In this document: positions 51,276 through 59,724 of the stretch, piece after piece | How the letters are laid out: each line of letters begins with the position of its first letter | Numbering within the stretch: position 1 is the first letter of the stretch | Virus record (IMG/VR): IMGVR_UViG_3300037502_002960 | Location: 1 to 64,000 of that record | Strand: one strand, 5' to 3' | DNA length: 64,000 nt | Source of the DNA: a virus | The notes under the pieces: model-generated | The model's input: the letters and a program-made list of their open reading frames with translations, nothing else | Told to the model about the DNA's origin: nothing | The model's database searches: none | Program-made: the position numbers and the translations under genes

Positions 51276-51581
51276 TTAATTGTTAACCCACTCACTGATA
51301 GCTTGAGCAGGATTTTTTTCAAGCTCTTCTTGTCTCTCCTTCCACTCTTTAACCTCTTCATTTTTTACCATTGTTAACGTATATTGACCGTTGTCAATGG
51401 TTATTCTATGTTTAATATCTTTATGAATATTTAAATCGGTTACACGCTTTAAATACTCTACTGTTTCATAGTATTCAATAGCTACAATGTAACGACTATA
51501 TCCAATCGTTAAACCTGCTAAAATTGAAGCTATAAACCCGTATACCAAAACATGTTGACCGAACTTTTTTAACTTTCCCAT
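51276..51581 (-). CDS. Hypothetical membrane-anchored protein
   Basis: 101 aa, N-terminal hydrophobic helix. Confidence 0.6.
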   Translation of the reverse strand: MGKLKKFGQHVLVYGFIASILAGLTIGYSRYIVAIEYYETVEYLKRVTDLNIHKDIKHRITIDNGQYTLTMVKNEEVKEWKERQEELEKNPAQAISEWVNN

Positions 51582-51654
51582 TTTCTACCATTCCTTTCAA
51601 CTTCCATTTTTTGGAAAGAGTCTGTTTCTTTTGTTTCCCTCTTTCGTTACACTC

Positions 51655-51684
51655 ATCATAGCATTGTATAAGGACTCTTGTCAA
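51655..51684 (-). promoter_or_regulatory. Promoter of the leftward radC operon
   Basis: TTGACA-N18-TATGAT with TG extension. Confidence 0.55.
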
Positions 51685-51696
51685 ACGACCAACCGC

Positions 51697-52499
51697 AAAC
51701 CCTACAGCCCCAAGGGATACAGCTACTGTAAAAAATTTACATTGTATGAAATCGGTTGCACTATACATAGTTATTCACTGTTTATTCACTTTTTAGCACA
51801 CCTGTCCCCACGAAAAACTGTATGCAAACGGTTGCGCACTAGGGGTATAAATTAAAAAAACTTTTGTGTGAACGAAAATAAAATAAACCGCTTCAACCCT
51901 ACAGCCCCAACGGCTCCAGGACTTGCGACCTTGTGAAATAAAAAATACTTTCATGAAACACTGTGCAACAATGATTTTTTTTATGTATATTGATGCATAT
52001 TCATACTATAAGCGCTTTCAAGAAGGTATACCCCTCCAGGTACTGAAAACCCTACAGCGCCAAGGGATTGAAGCACTTTTACCATTTTATGTATAATGTA
52101 TATCTGTGAATATTCATTGAATAACCATACGGGGTATTTTGATCCCTTTTCTTCTATATAATAGTGAAAAATCGTAACGAAACCAAGCCGAAAAACGCTA
52201 TATAATAGAAGAAACTCGGTAAGGACTTTTTACCCATAAAAACGCTGCCTTTATCGTGACTATATTCCCACATGAAACGCTGCGTTTTCTAGTTCAATAG
52301 TCACGCGCGTTTTAAAGCCGTTTTAAACCCCTCTGAGACGTTTTAAGCCTTCAAGGTACAAACACCTTAAGCAACCTTGTTTATACCCCTTTTCAAAAGT
52401 ACCCCACGGGGTATATACCCTAACGGGGTATATGTATTTTACTTGTGAACTTGACAAAATCGAAAAAGTGTGAACCCTTACTCTCCCAAGGGATACAGC
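51697..52499 (+). repeat. Four dispersed copies of AACCCT-N9/10-A(G/C)GG
   Basis: Copies at 51697, 51895, 52047 and 52473; consensus AACCCTACAGCCCCAAGGGATACAGC. Confidence 0.8.
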
Positions 52500-52582
52500 C
52501 GTTTTTTAAAATAAAAAGTTTGTGAAAAATTTCGATACCCTAGGTGGTATATAAAAAAATGTACCTATACCCCTAGGGGTAT
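52028..52582. promoter_or_regulatory. Cluster of six CsoR-family-like operators (TACC..GGTA)
   Basis: Sites at 52028, 52122, 52399, 52415, 52535 and 52567 (perfect palindrome ATACCCCTAGGGGTAT). Confidence 0.55.
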
Positions 52583-52736
52583 CATATGGTTAAAAAATGT
52601 AAAAAATGGTATATTTTTTTAAAATTGTAAAAAAATAACTATCCATATAAGTTTACATTATTTTACTGTAAAAAAATAACTTATATATAAGTTTCCAATA
52701 TTTACCAATTTTAAAAAAGTTATTTTTTACCAAATG

Positions 52737-53291
52737 AATTTTCAGACAATTCAGATAATTAAGAATATTCAAATAATTTTAAATTTTCAGAAAATTCATA
52801 ATAGTCAGAAAATTCAAAAAAATAAGATAATTCTAAATATTTTAAATTGTTAGAATATTCAGATAATTCAAACAATTATGACTATTCTTAATATTCTAAA
52901 TTTTCTGAAAATTCAAAAAATTCTGAAAATTCAAAAAATTCTGAAAATTAAGAATAGTCAGACAATTCTAAATTTTCAAACAATTATGAAAATTCAAACA
53001 ATTCATAATATTCATATAATTAAAAATTTTCAGATAATTCTAAATAATCTAAATTTTCAGATAATCCAAACAATTCATAATATTCTAAATAATCAGATAA
53101 TTCAAAAAATTCATAATTTTCTGATAATTCTAGCAGACCAAAAATGATCCATTTTTAATTATCAGAAAATTCATAATATTCAAACAATTCAGAAAATTCA
53201 ATTAATTAAATATTCAGAAAATTCAGATAATATAGCAAGTTTTCAGATAATTCATAATATTCAGACAATTCAGAATTTTCAAAAAATTCAG
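52737..53291. repeat. 9-bp tandem array (AAWWTTCWG) equivalent to overlapping CodY boxes
   Basis: 44 in-register units at 52737-53132 plus about 13 more; perfect AATTTTCWGAAAATT at 52782 and 52899. The repeat is directly seen; CodY binding is inferred. Confidence 0.85.
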
Positions 53292-53626
53292 CCCTGCGAA
53301 GCTTATTTTTAAATAATAAAATAAATAATAAATAAAAAATTAAATATAGATTCTCACCCCCTTATTAACAGCGAGCCTAAAATATTACGGGTGATTTTTG
53401 AAAATCAAAAAAATTTTTTGAAATTTTTTAAAAATTTGCTTCTATTATTAACAGAAACCCTAAAAAATTACGGGCAATTTTTGAAAGTTAAAAAATTTTT
53501 AAATTTTTCTTTCCTATATAATATAGAAGAAAAAAATATTTTTAAATTTTATACATATAATCTGTTGACAAAAGACAAAGATAATGATATAATAGGTTTA
53601 TAATAAAAAAACAAGGAGATGTTAAC

Positions 53627-53896
53627 ATGAAAAACATTGATGTAATTAAAGCTTTTGTAAATGGAGCAGGTAAAGGAAAAAATAAAAGACTTTCTATTAA
53701 AGGTAATAAACTGTTCGACTACAATACTATTATTTGTGAAAAAACTAATAAAGGGTACAACTTAAATAAAACAAAATACAGTAAATCAACAAGTGCCGTT
53801 CAAAGTATGTTGTCAAAAGAAATTGACTCAAATAACATTAATGGAAAAGTTACCTTGTTTGATAATGTAGAAATCAATTCAAGCGATTTAAAATAA
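53627..53896 (+). CDS. Hypothetical early protein
   Basis: 89 aa, RBS AAGGAG; LFDYNTII..KYSKSTS. Confidence 0.7.
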   Translation: MKNIDVIKAFVNGAGKGKNKRLSIKGNKLFDYNTIICEKTNKGYNLNKTKYSKSTSAVQSMLSKEIDSNNINGKVTLFDNVEINSSDLK

Positions 53897-53933
53897 CTAA
53901 GGATGAAATATAGTAAAACAAAAATCAAATAGA

Positions 53934-54257
53934 TTGGTGGACGACAATATGGAATCAAATAATTATATTATTGAAAGAAATATTAAATCAAGAGAAGACC
54001 TTTTAAATGGTATAAAATTATTACTTGAATCATATGTAAAAAGAACGAATGAATCTGGAGATGACAAATTAATCAATCACTTCTTAGAATTAATTCAACA
54101 TAGATATGATAACTTCATTGTAAGACATGAATATGTGGACGGTAATGGGCAACATGAGCCTTTAAAGGTTACAAAAATATCATATCTTATTGACCATGTA
54201 TTCACTATTAAAAAAGATATAGACACTGACAAGATTGTACTTGAATCATACATTTAA
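53934..54257 (+). CDS. Hypothetical early protein
   Basis: 107 aa; start codon uncertain. Confidence 0.6.
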   Translation: MVDDNMESNNYIIERNIKSREDLLNGIKLLLESYVKRTNESGDDKLINHFLELIQHRYDNFIVRHEYVDGNGQHEPLKVTKISYLIDHVFTIKKDIDTDKIVLESYI

Positions 54258-54345
54258 AAGTTGTAAAAGGTTTCAAGCTAATAAATAAATCAAAATTCTT
54301 TTATACCTTTTATATGCATATTATATTATAGTTTTTATGCACAAA

Positions 54346-54546
54346 CAAATATATATAGTGCACTACAAACCTATATATGCACACATAATATGCATAATAC
54401 TATATATGGTATGATAAAAACATATATACACTATATATAGATTAAATCCATGAATATAAACCATTTTTACCCATATATAGACGAATTTTTACTACACATA
54501 CTACATGTAGTGTCTACATATAGGTTATACATACTACATATGGACA
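54346..54546. promoter_or_regulatory. Cluster of NrdR-box-like palindromes
   Basis: ACACTATATATAGATT (54428), ATACTACATGTAGTGT (54498), ATACTATATATGGTAT (54397) and weaker copies. Confidence 0.6.
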
Positions 54547-54952
54547 TTTTAGCCAATTTTTGCTTAATAAAATTAACCTTTTATAAAATATATAAATTTT
54601 AGGTAAAATATATCCTAAAATTTATATAAAAGTATATATACTAATTCGTCGCCAGAAAACGGTTCGAGTTTCTACAGACTCTTATAAAACTGGTTATGTA
54701 TACCCCTATATTACCTATATGTGTGCCCAAAACCGTTTCAATTTCTACGGGTCGCCCAATTTTCTGATTGACCCCACCCCCTAAAAGGGTTTGAGTTTTT
54801 AAAACCGTTTCAAAATTATGAACCTATATGAAGCCAGAAAAGGGTTTGAAATTTTAAAATCAATTTGGAAAATAAAAACGATATACCCCGTTGACAAAAC
54901 TAAAGATAAATGGTATAATTAAATCAATAAATTAGAAAGGTTGTGAAAATAA

Positions 54953-55096
54953 ATGTGGACATGGTTTTGGTTTGTATTATGTATGATTCAAATGCCTTTA
55001 ACAATGCTATTATTACATAGTTTAATTCTTGTTAAAAAGAAATATAACTATGAACAAGAATTTAAAAGAGCTATTGATAATCATATAAAAAAATAA
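54953..55096 (+). CDS. 47-aa single-pass membrane protein (not in the ORF track)
   Basis: MWTWFWFVLCMIQMPLTMLLLHSLILVKKKY.. with its own promoter and AAAGG RBS. Confidence 0.6.
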   Translation: MWTWFWFVLCMIQMPLTMLLLHSLILVKKKYNYEQEFKRAIDNHIKK

Positions 55097-55184
55097 AAAC
55101 AAAAATTTTTATTAAAGAGACTGTTGACAAACGATTAAAATAATGATATAATTATATTATAGAAAAGGAAAGGGAGTTATTAAA

Positions 55185-55508
55185 ATGAACGAATTAAAAG
55201 TGTATAAAAACTTAAGTCAAAATGTAAAGAATGAAATTGAAGAGAATTTAGAATTCATTTTTGAAAAATATGAATCAGTAGAATCATTAATTGAGCAAGG
55301 TGAAATTAGATTATTTAATAGAAGTCAATTAATTGAATTTCTATTCTTTGACGATAGCAATAGTGATAAAGAGGCATTGCTAGAATTGTTAAACACAACA
55401 GATACACAAATTCAAGGATACAATGATGGATTAGATTATATCGTTCACAATAATTACGACAACGTTTTTGAATTATCAAATGGCATGTATTTGTTTGTAT
55501 GGCACTAA
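55185..55508 (+). CDS. Hypothetical acidic early protein
   Basis: 107 aa, RBS AAGGGAG. Confidence 0.7.
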   Translation: MNELKVYKNLSQNVKNEIEENLEFIFEKYESVESLIEQGEIRLFNRSQLIEFLFFDDSNSDKEALLELLNTTDTQIQGYNDGLDYIVHNNYDNVFELSNGMYLFVWH

Positions 55509-55612
55509 GATTGAATTCTACAAGTGCAGGCGATTCAATTATCGCTTGTACAAAGGACTATTCAATTCAATTAAAGAAAATGATTTGATTATGAAGACAG
55601 TCTAAAAAGGAG

Positions 55613-55825
55613 ATGAACAGAATGGAAAAATTATACGCAGTTCATTTAGTAGATTTAAAAGATAATGGTCAAACGGGTTTTGATTTCTTTGAGTATGAAG
55701 AGGATGCAGATAAGCAATTAGAAAAAATCAATAGTGACATCAAAAAATATAATAAAGAATCTGAGTTTAAAGCTGTCAAAAGACTGGTTGACTATGACTC
55801 AAAAAGAAACGCAGTAAATATTTAA
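55613..55825 (+). CDS. Hypothetical protein
   Basis: 70 aa, RBS AAGGAG (start probably 55622). Confidence 0.65.
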   Translation: MNRMEKLYAVHLVDLKDNGQTGFDFFEYEEDADKQLEKINSDIKKYNKESEFKAVKRLVDYDSKRNAVNI

Positions 55826-55839
55826 AGGAGGTTGAAAAA

Positions 55840-56010
55840 ATGAAAGAGATTAAAACAATTTTAAAAGGAATTGAAAAAGATTTATTAGGTAGTAAGAGAC
55901 AACTTGAGAAAACTGAATATGGTTCAAAAGAATATTATTTCATTAAAGGAAGAATCTCTCAAGCAGAAAATACGATTGCTAAAATTGAAATGGTTTTGGA
56001 AGGAGAATAA
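55840..56010 (+). CDS. Hypothetical 56-aa protein (not in the ORF track)
   Basis: RBS AAGGAGG, MKEIKTILKGIEKDLL.. Confidence 0.65.
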   Translation: MKEIKTILKGIEKDLLGSKRQLEKTEYGSKEYYFIKGRISQAENTIAKIEMVLEGE

Positions 56011-56013
56011 AAT

Positions 56014-56403
56014 ATGGGTGTATACAAGTTCGAAAATACAGACGTATCAAAAATGCAGGAACGAGCTACAGAATTACTAAGTCAAAACGAATTAATCTCT
56101 TTATCAGTAAGTTATCTGGTAAAACATTCCTACAAACACTTAGAGGGGAAAGATTTAAAAAATGGTAATTTGCAGTCAGAAAACACTTTAAGAGAATGGA
56201 AAACAAAAAATAAAAAGTATGACTACTATATAAAAAGAGTTATTTTGAATGATGTTATTGTTAATGCTAGAAAAGATTTTGAAAATATGAATCAAAGAGA
56301 ATGTTTGGGGTACAGTGAATTTGACATTGAATGTATTGTTACTGAAATATCGGTTAATGCAAAGATTTTTATTGACATACTTAATAATAGCGATAAAGTC
56401 TGA
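56014..56403 (+). CDS. Hypothetical protein
   Basis: 129 aa, RBS AAGGAG; hairpin GATAAAGTCTGAT/ATCAGACTTTATC at its end. Confidence 0.7.
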   Translation: MGVYKFENTDVSKMQERATELLSQNELISLSVSYLVKHSYKHLEGKDLKNGNLQSENTLREWKTKNKKYDYYIKRVILNDVIVNARKDFENMNQRECLGYSEFDIECIVTEISVNAKIFIDILNNSDKV

Positions 56404-56496
56404 TAATAAAAATCAGACTTTATCAAAAAGTCCATTGACAAAAGATTATATAAATGTTATAATAAATATATAAAATTTTAGATTGGAGATATTAAT

Positions 56497-56763
56497 ATGG
56501 AAATTAAACAACATGAAAACTTTACTAAAAAAGGCGGAATGATTGCCGAGGGTATTGTAAAAGAAATTATAAGAAAAGGTATTCCAACACGTATCTCTAC
56601 TACATGGAAAGATTATGGTCAAGGATTATCTTGGGACGCTATATTGGTTTATTCGCACTCACTAAAAAGTGATTATCAACTATTAACACCTAAAGAATTT
56701 GAAAAAATTAATGACGGCTCAATCACAGATGAAGAGATTGAAAATATTATTGATAAATGTTAA
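56497..56763 (+). CDS. Hypothetical protein
   Basis: 88 aa, RBS GGAG. Confidence 0.7.
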   Translation: MEIKQHENFTKKGGMIAEGIVKEIIRKGIPTRISTTWKDYGQGLSWDAILVYSHSLKSDYQLLTPKEFEKINDGSITDEEIENIIDKC

Positions 56764-57116
56764 AAAATAAAAAGGAGAGATTGACTATGGTTAGCTATGA
56801 AAGAAAATTAGAAATTTTAGAAGAGAATGGTCGTATTAATTATGAAACGTATACTTACTTGAAATACTTTGACACTAACACTTGTGGAGTTAACGGTATG
56901 AAAGAATTGATTAAAACGTGTAATGAAAATGGTATTGAAGTATATGCAAGTGGATATATTGCGGTAAAACAAGATTACAACGAATTGACAAAACTATACA
57001 ATGTAGATGAACGCAATGTAATTTGCTTAGGCACTTACTATGGTGAATCATTATTGGACGATGATGGCGATGAATCAATCATTGAAGACGATAGAATTTA
57101 TCTGATTGTAAAATAA
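56757..57116 (+). CDS. Hypothetical protein
   Basis: RBS AAGGAG favours the ATG at 56787. Confidence 0.65.
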   Translation: MLKNKKERLTMVSYERKLEILEENGRINYETYTYLKYFDTNTCGVNGMKELIKTCNENGIEVYASGYIAVKQDYNELTKLYNVDERNVICLGTYYGESLLDDDGDESIIEDDRIYLIVK

Positions 57117-57137
57117 AAACGCAAAGGAGAAGGTAAA

Positions 57138-57356
57138 ATGAGGGCTACAGGAAACTATTTTAACTTTAAACATATAAACAATGAAGACAGAGTTTATATT
57201 GCTACAGAATTGATTTCTGATGATAATGAAGTATGTTATCTTGTATCATGGGAGGCTATACGAGAGGGCGAATTTATTGATAGAGTTAATACAGTAAATT
57301 ATTCAAAAGAGAGTGTCGAAGACTCTTTAAAATATGAAATGTGGATTAAGCTATGA
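57138..57356 (+). CDS. Hypothetical protein
   Basis: 72 aa, RBS AAGGAG. Confidence 0.65.
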   Translation: MRATGNYFNFKHINNEDRVYIATELISDDNEVCYLVSWEAIREGEFIDRVNTVNYSKESVEDSLKYEMWIKL

Positions 57357-57640
57357 TGGACAAAAATATAATGAACCCTATTTGCAAATTTAAATCAAAA
57401 ATAAATAATGTGGCAGAAGATATTACCTATGGTTTTATTTAAGAAAAATGAAAGTAATTATCTCATTATGTGGGTTGCAGGAGATGCAGTTTGCCAAGAA
57501 AGTATACCTAAGAAAGAATTTTCAAAAAACATAAAAAGTGGTATGTTTAAAATATTATAATTATTTTTATAAAATCTATTGACAAAAGCCTATATGTCTG
57601 TTATAATATTGTTATAGCAAACATATAGGAGGTTTTATTA

Positions 57641-57820
57641 ATGGAAAAAACATTATTAAAAGCAGGACAAAAGGTTAAAGTTTTTACAAAGATTGATATT
57701 GTTTTTGAAGGTTCAGTTTTAAATAATTTGTATAGCTCAAGTGAAAAGCTATCAATAACTAGTGACAATAGTGTTTATAGATTTTCAAAAAATCAAGTAT
57801 CAAAAATTGAATTACTATAA
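57641..57820 (+). CDS. Hypothetical 59-aa SH3/Sm-like protein (not in the ORF track)
   Basis: RBS AGGAGG, own promoter; LKAGQKVKVFT..FEGSV. Confidence 0.6.
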   Translation: MEKTLLKAGQKVKVFTKIDIVFEGSVLNNLYSSSEKLSITSDNSVYRFSKNQVSKIELL

Positions 57821-57943
57821 AGTTATAAAAATAATATTTTTTATTCTACAATCGCTTGACAAAAGACTTATTACATGATATAATAAGATTATAGAGTTAA
57901 GATAAACAATTTGTTCAAGAAAATATGAAAAGGGGTTGTTAAA

Positions 57944-58603
57944 ATGGAAGGAAAAATTTACAAGCAGATTGAAAATGGTAACAAAAAAGAGGTTATTAAA
58001 GCAATGATTGAACCTAGTTATGATTTTGTAGGAAAGAAATATGAGTATAATTTTGATTTTGAGAATGGCATTTCAGTCATTCATCCAGATGAAGATTTTG
58101 CAATGCCAGTTATTAACATTGAAAGCTTCATGGATGAATTACTTGAGTTTGATGAATTTACAGATGAGGTAAACAAATGGTTGTTTGAAATAAGAAATGA
58201 GTATCTAGAAGCAAAAACAATTGACATTGTTAAAAGAAAATTCGATGAAGTAAATACAAATGGGTATTTAACAACAAGTGGCTATACGTACAATTTCGAC
58301 AATGACTTGTCAAGAGATTTCTTATACGATATTTTTGAATATGATGGTGAATCATACGTGCTTATTAGTGTGCATTATGGTGCTGATGCAAGGGGTGGAT
58401 TTGGCGACACAGTGTGTTTTAAAATTAGAGATATTGATTATTTCTATGATGTACAGATAACATATTATGACACAGAAACAGATATGGACATGACCTATTC
58501 AGACTTTGAAGAGGTTGCGGTATACGATAAGGAAACTGATACATGGACTAATAAAGAAAATGGTAATGAGATTAATTTATACAATGTAGCTTGTGGATTT
58601 TAA
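57944..58603 (+). CDS. Hypothetical acidic protein
   Basis: 219 aa; YTYNFDNDLSRD..VHYGADARGGF. Confidence 0.75.
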   Translation: MEGKIYKQIENGNKKEVIKAMIEPSYDFVGKKYEYNFDFENGISVIHPDEDFAMPVINIESFMDELLEFDEFTDEVNKWLFEIRNEYLEAKTIDIVKRKFDEVNTNGYLTTSGYTYNFDNDLSRDFLYDIFEYDGESYVLISVHYGADARGGFGDTVCFKIRDIDYFYDVQITYYDTETDMDMTYSDFEEVAVYDKETDTWTNKENGNEINLYNVACGF

Positions 58604-58680
58604 AAAAATAATTAATTATAGCATGGTATAGTCTATTGACAAGAGATTTTAACTATGCTATAATTAAAGGGGTGAAAATA

Positions 58681-58989
58681 TTGATTGATTTCAAAACCAA
58701 TGAATACTTAGAGGATTTCTCTCTAGCAAAAGATTTAAATGAATCTATATATATGGATTATTATGGAAATATGATTTTTGGTGATTTTGATATGGGAATT
58801 AGAGGTTTAGACCATAACTGTTTGATTGATGATGACAAAGAGAATTCGTTAATATTCTTGCATAATAATGGTGTTGTTAGGGTTGTACCAGAAGCATATG
58901 TTGTGCTAGTTTCTACGAGTCAATCATTATCAAAAATTCAAAAAGAAATAATTGAAGACAATGGATATAAAATTGAAGAATATATTTGA
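58681..58989 (+). CDS. Hypothetical protein
   Basis: The track start (58636) falls in the promoter -35 box; the in-frame TTG at 58681 follows RBS AAGGGG. Confidence 0.65.
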   Translation: MIDFKTNEYLEDFSLAKDLNESIYMDYYGNMIFGDFDMGIRGLDHNCLIDDDKENSLIFLHNNGVVRVVPEAYVVLVSTSQSLSKIQKEIIEDNGYKIEEYI

Positions 58990-59164
58990 CAAAACAGAAG
59001 GAGAATATAACATGAAAAACGTAAAATTAAATATGAACAGAACTTGGGGAAGAATCGAAAAAGATTTTGCAAAAACATGGGAGTTAAAAAGTTATAATCA
59101 AGGTGTAAAATCTTTAAATTTTGGCGGAAAAATTGAGGTAGGTGTAAAAAAACGTGTCAAATAA
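58952..59164 (+). CDS. Hypothetical small basic protein
   Basis: RBS AAGGAG favours the ATG at 59012. Confidence 0.55.
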   Translation: MKTMDIKLKNIFDKTEGEYNMKNVKLNMNRTWGRIEKDFAKTWELKSYNQGVKSLNFGGKIEVGVKKRVK

Positions 59165-59615
59165 AACAAAGTTTAATAAATTCAAGAATGATATGAGAGT
59201 GAATATGATTGCTGATAAAATTTTTAAGTATGAGATTATTAAATATCTTAATTTTGAAATTGAAGAGAATATTAATTTTGACTTAGAGACATATGGATTA
59301 AAAAACTTAAAATTTTCTATTGAATTTAACGAAAAAAATATGAATTATAAAGGAAAACTAATTGATAACGGTTATCAAGGAGGTTCAAGAAAGTATTGCT
59401 CACTTCTTAAAGATTACTATTATGATAACAACTTTATATCAATTGACCACGACCTATACCTGGAGTTGTTACAAGGGGAAGGTGTTGTTAATCAGAAATC
59501 ATATGATAGGGTCATCAGAAAGGCTCTAGCAGTGATTGAAGAGGGTTTATCGGTTATTGCATTCGACAGTAATAATATAGTTGAATACTATGAAGATTCG
59601 TTACGTCAATTTTAA
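59154..59615 (+). CDS. Hypothetical protein
   Basis: 153 aa; hairpin TACACCAACTA/TAGTTGGTGTA follows. Confidence 0.65.
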   Translation: MSNKTKFNKFKNDMRVNMIADKIFKYEIIKYLNFEIEENINFDLETYGLKNLKFSIEFNEKNMNYKGKLIDNGYQGGSRKYCSLLKDYYYDNNFISIDHDLYLELLQGEGVVNQKSYDRVIRKALAVIEEGLSVIAFDSNNIVEYYEDSLRQF

Positions 59616-59724
59616 AAAATACACCAACTATAAATTTAGTTGGTGTAAAAATATTTTATAAATCGCTTGACAAAAGACTTATTATGTGTTATAATTAATA
59701 TATAAAGTAAAGGAGGAGTTATTA

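Noticed and set aside
51727-51741. TnrA/GlnR box (TGTAAAAAATTTACA)
   Set aside because: Spacer is 5 bp rather than the 7 bp of TGTNA-N7-TNACA.
51496-51855. ORFs 51496-51768 (-) and 51631-51855 (+)
   Set aside because: They overlap the leftward promoter and motif blocks and have no convincing RBS.
52878-53147. 89-aa ORF (ILKIQKILKIQ...)
   Set aside because: By-product of the in-register 9-bp array; no RBS, and the array extends beyond it on both sides.
52737-53291. CRISPR array or simple microsatellite
   Set aside because: No repeat-spacer alternation and no cas genes; units are heterogeneous but keep their phase.
57353-57560. Possible frameshifted paralogue of the 72-aa gene upstream
   Set aside because: Only short fragments with weak resemblance (YLIMW vs YLVSW); cannot be supported by eye.
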